Below, piece by piece: positions 56,581-64,000 of a DNA stretch of 64,000 nt. The notes under the pieces are model-generated. The model searched no databases and was not told the DNA's origin. It saw only the letters and a list, made by a program, of their open reading frames with translations. The translations under genes and the position numbers were made by a program. This DNA is from Planktothrix sp. GU0601_MAG3. Its GTDB lineage: Bacteria; Cyanobacteriota; Cyanobacteriia; Cyanobacteriales; Microcoleaceae. Each line of letters opens with the position of its first letter. The stretch's first letter is position 1. The stretch lies in NCBI GenBank assembly GCA_035193785.1, contig CP136572.1, forward strand, positions 3,828,578 through 3,892,577, written 5' to 3'.

Positions 56581-58767
56581 ATGCAAAATCCTGTGGCAAA
56601 ACAATATCTGTGGACTGTAGGCGAAGGGATCGAAGATCAGCCTTCAGGAACGGTGATCGCAGATCGCTACCTCCTCAAAACCAATAGAATTGTGGTTGAT
56701 ACGCGGCCAGAACTCCTACCCGACATACCCAGCGAGATTTCCGATCAGATTTCTCCCTATCTAAAATTATTTGCCTATCGGTTGCATATTCCGCAGGTCT
56801 ATGGAGTTATCTCCCCGGCAAAAGGGACAAATAATAAACCGATCATCCTCTTAGAAAAGGGGCCGATTGCCAACCATGGGGAAACCTTAATGCCGACCCT
56901 GGCAGCCCTGTGGCCCGATGCCCTGGCGATGCGCCAACTGAATTGGTTATGGCAAATCGCTCAACTTTGGCAACCCCTAACCCGTCAAGAGGTGGCTTCA
57001 AGTTTGCTTAATTCCCATTTGCTGCGGGTTCAGGGAAGATTTGTTCGGTTGTTGCAATTAGACTTAGACATCCACAGTCCCACCCTCAAACAGTTGGGTT
57101 ATTTTTGGCAACAGTGGGTTCCGACCGCACAGCCTCAAATTCAAAAATTCCTCCAACAACTGACCCATCAAATGATCTCGGGGGAATTACGCACCTCAAC
57201 CCAACTGATCCAACAATTGGATCAAGCCCTTTCTATTTGTGGACGGGGTTATCATCGTCGGATTGAGATTGCCGCCGGAACCGATGCTGGCCCGACTCGT
57301 TCCCATAATGAGGATGCCTGCTATCCCGAGGGGAGTAAACCCATCCTAGTTCCCGCAACGGAACCGGCTCTGGCTATTGTTTGTGATGGCATTGGGGGAC
57401 AGGACGGCGGAGAGGTGGCATCTTCCATGGCGATTGATGTTCTGCGTCAGCAGGTGGAACAAATGCCCCTGCATCAAGCCCATTGGGATCCATTATCCTT
57501 AACTCCCAAATTAAAACGGGCAACCTGCATCGCCAATGACATGATTTGTCAACGCAACGATGATGAAAACCGTCAGGGTAGAGAACGCATGGGCACTACC
57601 TTAGTGATGGCCTTAGCCCATATTCATGAAATTTATTTAACCCATTTAGGGGATAGTCGGGTTTATTGGATTAGTTCCAGTGGTTGTCATCAAGTGACGG
57701 TGGATGATGATGTCGCCTCTCGCCAGGTGCGTTTAGGTTGCGCCCTCTATCGAGATGCTCTGCAACAGGGGGCTTCTGGGGCCTTAATTCAAGCCCTGGG
57801 GATTACTTCATCGGTGACCCTGCATCCAACGGTACAACGGTTTCCCCTGGATGAAGATTGTGTGTTTTTATTATGTTCTGATGGGTTAAGCGATCGCGAT
57901 CGGGTGGAACAGTGTTGGGAAGCGGAAATTTTACCCGTTTTGCGTCAAGAAGTGGATTTGGCAACGGTTCGGGATCGTCTGATCGAAATTGCCAATACTC
58001 AAAATGGCCATGATAATGTCACCATTGCTTTGTTATTAATTACGGTGGTTCCCAAGGATGATCCCGATGCCCAGAAAGAGATCTGTATCCCTCCTGTGAT
58101 TCCTTTAACCGAAGATTTGGGGGATGATTCTTCCGATACAAGCGATGCTGAAGATTCATCAATGGAAACGGTAATTGGTCGCCCTAAACAGGCCCCGTCA
58201 GGGGTGAAGAAGATTTGGTTCCTATCCCTTGGTATTGCTGTGTTATTAGGGATTCTAGGGGCTTTGCTCTACGGCTTAGGACTGTTCAACCATGCTCCCC
58301 GAGCCCAACCGACAGACAATCCAGCCCCTACGGACAGTCCTTCTACTCCTCCAGTCCCAACTCCCACAGCCTCTGCCACCAGTCTGTTAAAATTGCAATC
58401 TTTGATTCAATTGGGAAGTCCGACCGCCAATGACAAGCCAATTACTCTGCTCACGGAATTTGGGAAAAATACTGTTAAGGGAACTGTTCCAGAGGGAACG
58501 GTGTTTCAGGTTCAGCGAAAAGATTCTACTCCCGAAACTGGAACCTGGATAGAGGTTAAAATTTGTTCAACTCCTACCGCGACAGTATCAGTTAATGGGC
58601 AGTTGTCTCCGGTTGATGTAACACAACCATTGCCATCTCCCGATACCCCGGCACCCCCATCCCTAGGGGCGGGGAACCAAGGTTGGTTGCCAGAACAGGA
58701 GGTTAATAGCCGTCTAATCCCTAACTTTTCTCCTGTGGGTAAAGAAAAAGGAAAGTGTGTCCCTTAA
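56581..58767 (+). CDS. Membrane-anchored PP2C phosphatase with an N-terminal kinase-like remnant
   Basis: RSHNED, VCDGIGG, MGTT, GDSR, CSDGLSD, HDNVT; TM helix and Pro-rich tail. Confidence 0.88.
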   Translation: MQNPVAKQYLWTVGEGIEDQPSGTVIADRYLLKTNRIVVDTRPELLPDIPSEISDQISPYLKLFAYRLHIPQVYGVISPAKGTNNKPIILLEKGPIANHGETLMPTLAALWPDALAMRQLNWLWQIAQLWQPLTRQEVASSLLNSHLLRVQGRFVRLLQLDLDIHSPTLKQLGYFWQQWVPTAQPQIQKFLQQLTHQMISGELRTSTQLIQQLDQALSICGRGYHRRIEIAAGTDAGPTRSHNEDACYPEGSKPILVPATEPALAIVCDGIGGQDGGEVASSMAIDVLRQQVEQMPLHQAHWDPLSLTPKLKRATCIANDMICQRNDDENRQGRERMGTTLVMALAHIHEIYLTHLGDSRVYWISSSGCHQVTVDDDVASRQVRLGCALYRDALQQGASGALIQALGITSSVTLHPTVQRFPLDEDCVFLLCSDGLSDRDRVEQCWEAEILPVLRQEVDLATVRDRLIEIANTQNGHDNVTIALLLITVVPKDDPDAQKEICIPPVIPLTEDLGDDSSDTSDAEDSSMETVIGRPKQAPSGVKKIWFLSLGIAVLLGILGALLYGLGLFNHAPRAQPTDNPAPTDSPSTPPVPTPTASATSLLKLQSLIQLGSPTANDKPITLLTEFGKNTVKGTVPEGTVFQVQRKDSTPETGTWIEVKICSTPTATVSVNGQLSPVDVTQPLPSPDTPAPPSLGAGNQGWLPEQEVNSRLIPNFSPVGKEKGKCVP

Positions 58768-58977
58768 GGATGAATCACGATAAAGCCTAACTATCGGTTG
58801 GGGGTTTTAGACCCAATTTTACGATAACTTTGATCGCGATCACTATTCAACCCTGTTCCTTATCACCCCACCCCGATATTAAATATCATTACAGTCATTG
58901 TATTGAGATCACGGCAGATTTTGTTAAACTCCCTGATACTAGGTATTATTACAACTTCTCAACGGTAGGAATGTGCC

Positions 58978-59196
58978 ATGACTTGTATTCGTGTTCGTGA
59001 TGTGGTTCAAGAAGTAATGTCTACGGGCTATCTGAGCTTGAATATGGAAGACCAATTAAGACAAATGCTACAAACCACCCATTATGATTCTGAGGATGTC
59101 CATGCCTTTGCGAATTTACAGTTAGCCGCCATGTCAGGAAAAGTTAAGCAAGAATCCCGTGAATTATATCAATTGGCAATTATGCAAAAGGAATAA
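58978..59196 (+). CDS. Conserved small cyanobacterial protein
   Basis: IRVRDVVQ..TGYLS...G.VKQESRE. Confidence 0.7.
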   Translation: MTCIRVRDVVQEVMSTGYLSLNMEDQLRQMLQTTHYDSEDVHAFANLQLAAMSGKVKQESRELYQLAIMQKE

Positions 59197-59598
59197 ACAG
59201 GTATGTAATTCACAATAAACATGGTCAAATCAATTTTTTAACCCGTAATAGCCTTTCTTAAATATCGTAATTTAAACCTTTTGAGACATTCTTGAAAGCT
59301 AAAAGCTGCTCATAGCAAGTATTTAGCCATTGCCTATTGCCTATTGCTATATATATTCAATCCCACCCTTCACCCGGGTTTGTGATCTAAATCACTCTAA
59401 CAGTGTTAATTTAATCAGAACAGATTTTGCGTGTTATCACGGAGAGCAGATCAAGGTATCACAACCCTAACCCTAGTAAAATCACTGATATTTAGCAAGA
59501 ATACCGAGATTATAGGAACACAAGTCAAAATAGTTTATCCGTGGGAATGACGAACATGATTGTGTTTACCAAATCAACTCAAACCTTTCTCTGCGCTA

Positions 59599-59991
59599 AT
59601 GGTTTCACTCAAGCCGATTCCCCTATCGACAAAATTTGGTGAGATTAAGTTAGAACAACTGTGTAGAATCGCGGAACAGAATCAGTGGAAAACGGAAAAT
59701 CTCGAGCATCGGATTACTCAAGCGCGGTTGATGGTGGATGCAAATTGGGCTAGTCCTAAAGATCATGCCCTTTTGGAGTTAGAACAACGGGGAAAATTAC
59801 ATTTGGTAGATGGGATAGAATATTGGGCGGCGGAATTAGACCCAAACCGGGCGGCGGGAATTTACTTAAATCCAGATACTTATACCTTGGAAGTAATGGT
59901 GATCAATTTAGAATCGTTTGCACCCCTTCATCGAGAAAAAGTAATCACCTTGAAAAGACTGATGGAGTTAACGGGGTCGGATCATCCTTAA
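59599..59991 (+). CDS. Hypothetical protein
   Basis: Open frame with normal codon usage. Confidence 0.6.
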   Translation: MVSLKPIPLSTKFGEIKLEQLCRIAEQNQWKTENLEHRITQARLMVDANWASPKDHALLELEQRGKLHLVDGIEYWAAELDPNRAAGIYLNPDTYTLEVMVINLESFAPLHREKVITLKRLMELTGSDHP

Positions 59992-60014
59992 AACAACCCA
60001 ATATTATTTAATTT

Positions 60015-60207
60015 TATATTACTTTAATTTATGGAGTAATTGGGGGTGTTTGGATTGCCTTTTTTCGATCAATTATTGGCAATATTAGTAAATTATCCCT
60101 ATTGAATTACATTTTTTCAAACTCTTAAAGGGTGTTTCTTTGTTCTGATTACCAGTATTTTACTTTATTATTTAATTCATCAAAAAACCCAGCGTAGGAT
60201 AAACTAG
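60015..60207 (+). pseudogene. Remnant of a two-TM sensor N-terminus
   Basis: YITLIYGVIGGVWIAF/DQLLAIL..Y*ITFFQTLKGCFFVLITSILLYYLI; frameshift plus TGA, no start. Confidence 0.5.
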
Positions 60208-60243
60208 AGTATAGTTCATCTGTATCAGAGGTTGAGTCATACT

Positions 60244-60768
60244 ATGGGACTATTTGATCAAATTTTAACAGCCTTGAACGATCCTAATCAACTAGGAAAC
60301 ACCGACCAAATTACCGGGATTCTGAATACTGCTCAACAGCTTGGTAATCAATTAGGGATTTCTCCTGAAACGAGTCAAATGGTGATGTCAATGGTGGGGA
60401 GTTCCGTGCGGTCTTCTTTGCAAGAAAAGCAAACTGAAATCGGCAATGATGGGGTACAAAATCTAGTTAATGAATTTTCTGGAATCACTTCTAACCCCCA
60501 GGCAGTGGAAATGTTATTTTCTTCGACTCAGCAACAGCAATTGATTCAAACGGTTTCTCAACATACAGGAGTCAGTGCCCAAACCATTCAATCAATTTTA
60601 CCCATGGTAGTTCCCTTAGTATTAAACCTGCTCAAAACAGGAACCAATCAACAACAATCTGCATCGACTTCTAATTCTGTTTTAAATAGTTTTTTAGATG
60701 CCGATGGGGATGGAGATGTGGATATTGCTGATGCCCTGCGTTTGGGGGGACAATATTTTAAAAGCTAA
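60244..60768 (+). CDS. DUF937-like protein
   Basis: MGLFDQIL...FLDADGDGDVDIAD. Confidence 0.75.
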   Translation: MGLFDQILTALNDPNQLGNTDQITGILNTAQQLGNQLGISPETSQMVMSMVGSSVRSSLQEKQTEIGNDGVQNLVNEFSGITSNPQAVEMLFSSTQQQQLIQTVSQHTGVSAQTIQSILPMVVPLVLNLLKTGTNQQQSASTSNSVLNSFLDADGDGDVDIADALRLGGQYFKS

Positions 60769-60891
60769 CGGGAATCTAGCCTAGGGAATTAGAGATTATT
60801 TCTGGTTCCCGGCTTCTGTAAAATATAGCAGTAAGAAGCGTTTTTAAAACTTCTTTGTGTCTTTGTAGTCCAATGAATCTTAATAAAAATC

Positions 60892-61185
60892 ATGGTTATT
60901 GAGTGGTTAAAATTTCAAGTTCCCCCGGAACAATGGCAACTATTTATTCAAAAAGATGAGGAAGTTTGGACAGCCGGACTCAAAAAGTTTCCTGGGTTTC
61001 TCGGAAAAGAAGTTTGGGTAGATGTGGAAAATCAGGAAATTGTTATGGTGATTCGTTGGGAATCTCAGGAAAAACTAGCCAGCTTTCCTGAAAAAACCAT
61101 TCAAGAACTTGACGAAAAAATGGGAGTATTAAAAATACCTATTTTAGAAAGTCGAACCTATCAAATCAGAAAATTTATCCACTAA
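60892..61185 (+). CDS. TIGR03792/ABM-like cyanobacterial protein
   Basis: MVIEWLKFQV..FIQKDEEVWT..PGFLGKEVW. Confidence 0.8.
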   Translation: MVIEWLKFQVPPEQWQLFIQKDEEVWTAGLKKFPGFLGKEVWVDVENQEIVMVIRWESQEKLASFPEKTIQELDEKMGVLKIPILESRTYQIRKFIH

Positions 61186-61623
61186 AACTCGTTAAACAGT
61201 CGAGGAGAATTTCTGAACCAAAGCCAAAATAAAATTCACACTCAAAAACCCGACTCCCAGGACTAAAATCACAAAAGTAGTAATACTAAAAATTGATCTC
61301 AATTGATCGGATTTGGGATTTTGATTCGGTTTCATAATCACTGATCTCCTGGGAATTACCATTTTCTGTCTATGGGGTTACCGTTGGGGCAAACCCCTTT
61401 TTTTACCTTTAAAGATTGAGTCTAGGGATTAAGAGTGTTAAAATTCAGACAATCCCAATGTTAAACTCGGAATTGAGGTAATTTTGTACTCCCAAAACAT
61501 CTTAACAGTTAAGGACTCACCGAACCGATAATCAAATTGTTAATTCCTAGTGCGGATAGCCATAGTTTTTTGTATTCTGGAGTTAACCACTGTGTCCCAA
61601 TATCCCCAGTAGAATAGATTATT

Positions 61624-62467
61624 ATGTTTCCCCCAGCGTCTTCTGCCCATCCCAATCGACCCCATGCTATAACTTCTAGTGCTATGCCGATGCCTAACTC
61701 TATTCTTCCTAAAACGGTTTTTTCTTCCCTGAAACAACGGCATTGGTTAGAGTTAGCAGAGTATGTTTCACTGATCAGTTCGGCTGTTGGTTCGGGAGTA
61801 GTGGCCCTTTCGGGTCAAGCGTTTTATGGAGTTGCCCCCCTGACCTTAGCCCTATCGCTAAATGTTGCCAACCGTTATCGCTTAGAAACAACAAACCCAT
61901 CAAAATCAAATTGAAATTGTTCAAGCTCAAAACTCCGTAGAAAAGTTAGAAAAAAATACCGTTAAAGTAGTTATGGGATTGAGGCAACAACTCTTACAAG
62001 AAATGCAATCCCTCCAGCAAAAATTAGAGGCTTTTCCTACCACTGAAGCTCTGGATTCCGCCTATCGGGCAAAACAAGTCGCAGCTTTAGGACAAGCGGT
62101 AACTTCTAGCACCGAACATATTTCCCTGGCATTGGCAGAAATTAAAGCGGAATTTCGGCAAGAATTACAAGGTTTTTCCTTGGCTGAAACGGCTCATTTA
62201 GAGTCTTTACAAGCGGATTTTCAAGGGCGATTTTTGGAAATTCAAGCTGTGATTGATCAACTACAACAGGAAAAATCTGGACACCCTGCTTCTGATCTTG
62301 ATCTCTCTCAAATTCAAACCAGATTAGATGAACTCACCCAAGAACATCAAGAGGTAATTAAACCTCATTTAAGACGGTTATTATCCGTTGTAAAACAATT
62401 ACAAACCAATCATCCCCGGAGTTTACCCATTCCGCCTAAACCCCTACCAAAAAATCCCCCTGCATAG
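61624..62467 (+). CDS. Membrane-anchored coiled-coil hypothetical protein (frameshifted near 61890)
   Basis: HWLELAEY plus two TM segments, followed by a coiled-coil ORF. Confidence 0.65.
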
Positions 62468-62573
62468 GATTGATCTATTTCCCAAAAAATTAAATACTTC
62501 CGTTGAATTACTAGCAAAATACTTTATACTTTTAAACGAGTCAAAAATCGATAAATTCTACGAGGAACTTTAA

Positions 62574-63017
62574 ATGGCTGTTTCAGAAATTACAGAAAAG
62601 TTATTAGCGGCTAAAAAATCTAAAGGAGTCACCTTTTCGGATTTAGAACAATTGCTGGGGCGTGATGAGGTTTGGATTGCGGCGGTTATTTATCGACAAG
62701 CGAGTGCTTCCTATGAGGAGGCTAAAAAATTAGTTGAAGCCCTAGGTTTGAACTCAGAATATATTGAACTTTTAACCGATTATCCCGTCAAAGGATCACT
62801 TGATCCAGTGATTCCAACCGATCCCTTAATCTATCGATTTTATGAAATTATTCAGGTCTATGGAATGCCTCTTAAAAGCGTAATTCATGAAAAATTTGGA
62901 GACGGAATTATGAGTGCGATTGATTTTACCTTAGATGTAGATAAAATCGAAGACCCCAATGGCGATCGCGTTAAAATTACGATGTCTGGAAAATTTCTTT
63001 CCTATAAAAAATGGTAA
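62574..63017 (+). CDS. cynS: Cyanate hydratase
   Basis: [30 protein letters not shown]. Confidence 0.95.
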   Translation: MAVSEITEKLLAAKKSKGVTFSDLEQLLGRDEVWIAAVIYRQASASYEEAKKLVEALGLNSEYIELLTDYPVKGSLDPVIPTDPLIYRFYEIIQVYGMPLKSVIHEKFGDGIMSAIDFTLDVDKIEDPNGDRVKITMSGKFLSYKKW

Positions 63018-63058
63018 TAATTTAAGTATTTCTCCCCGTTGAATATGGGGAGAAATTA

Positions 63059-63067
63059 TGATATAAT
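63059..63067 (+). promoter_or_regulatory. Extended -10 promoter element
   Basis: TGATATAAT immediately upstream of the riboswitch. Confidence 0.6.
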
Positions 63068-63070
63068 GCG

Positions 63071-63200
63071 AGATCTGAATCGGTTCTAGCGGGGGACAGT
63101 CGCTAGAAGCAAGGGGAAAGTTTGGCGCAAATCCAGCACTGTCCCGCAACTGTGATGAGAATATTGATCTCTAAGTCAGAACACCCACCGAAATCAGATT
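63071..63200 (+). promoter_or_regulatory. Cobalamin (B12) riboswitch
   Basis: GGGGAAAGTTTGGCGCAAATCCAGCACTGTCCCGCAACTGTGA...AAGTCAGAACACCC upstream of hupE/ureJ. Confidence 0.92.
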
Positions 63201-63227
63201 GTTCTTTCGCACATCTGCGCGGTACAG

Positions 63228-63897
63228 ATGGTGTTTAAAATGTTTAAGTCTTTTCAAAATTTTTCGCTACAAAATAGCAATCGAATCTTGGTTTTATGGG
63301 TAGGTTTATTATTCCTCTTAATGGCGCAACCCGCCAGGGCCCATCATGCCTTTGGAGGTGAAACCCCGGAAAACTTTTTCCAAGGATTTCTCGCCGGACT
63401 TGCCCATCCGATTATTGGGATTGATCATTTTGCTTTTGTTATTTCTATCGGTTTAATTGCCGCCGGAATTGTGGGCGGAAGTTGGATAATTGTTGCTTTT
63501 CTGTTAACCGCAATGTTGGGAAACAGGAATTCATTTAATCAGTTTTAATTTACCCATTCCTGAAATTGCGATCGCCCTTTCTGTGATCACCATTGGGCTG
63601 TTATTAGTTCTCAAAAAACAATTACCCCTAGCATTATTAATTGGTTTAGCCAGTGTGGCGGGTTTGTTTCATGGTTATGCCTATGGGGAATCAATTATGG
63701 GAGCCGAAATGACTCCTTTAATTTCCTATTTAGCCGGATTTACAGTCATTCAATTGACCATAGCTGGGGCGACAATGAAACTAACTCAATCCTTCCAAGA
63801 AACTTTAGAAAATAGCAAATTTTCCCTGATCAAATATTCTGGTTTTGCTGTTTTAGCCATTGGTGTAATTGCTTTATCCTCAGCCATTATCAGCTAG
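63228..63897 (+). CDS. HupE/UreJ-family Co/Ni transporter (frameshifted)
   Basis: AHHAFGG, GLAHPIIGIDH, FHGYAYGE. Confidence 0.92.
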
Positions 63898-63925
63898 TTG
63901 AGCTTAATTAGAATTGAGTAGAGAT

Positions 63926-63957
63926 AATGAGTAATGGGTAATGGGTAATGGGTAATG
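63926..63957 (+). repeat. Heptamer tandem repeat (GGGTAAT)n
   Basis: Read directly from the sequence. Confidence 0.8.
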
Positions 63958-64000
63958 ATTAATATTACTTGTTACCTACTCCTAAGCTGTGCTGCATTTA

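Noticed and set aside
62931..63149. 72-aa minus-strand ORF
   Set aside because: Overlaps cynS and the riboswitch antisense; no coding features

Overview
A 64-kb chromosomal window from a filamentous cyanobacterium. Evidence: recurrent HIP1 GCGATCGC, nblA, ndhM, heptamer tandem repeats and palindromic dispersed repeats; an Oscillatoriales/Planktothrix-like origin is an inference. Most of it is housekeeping: rpsN, nth, rseP, gcvT, rimK, anmK, priA, cugP, scpA, lepA, ugd, frmA, aat, cobO, recQ, ndhM, cynS and a B12-riboswitch-controlled hupE/ureJ. Accessory content includes an HTH-NACHT-HEAT NLR-like gene with 17 near-identical 93-bp repeats carrying codon-level hypervariable sites, plus an in-frame palindromic insert. 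It also includes a group IIB intron with a matching EBS1/IBS1 pair, an intein in UDP-glucuronate decarboxylase, and three toxin-antitoxin loci. The remainder is a Septu-like ATPase+HNH pair, a TM2/HhH/NERD cluster and a repeat-flanked AT-rich two-gene islet. More than 20 genes, including conserved housekeeping ones, are split by single-base indels, mostly in homopolymers. These are most likely sequencing errors, so such genes are reported as joined CDSs. No rRNA, tRNA or CRISPR array was recognised. Product calls come from motif recognition only; no database searches were run.
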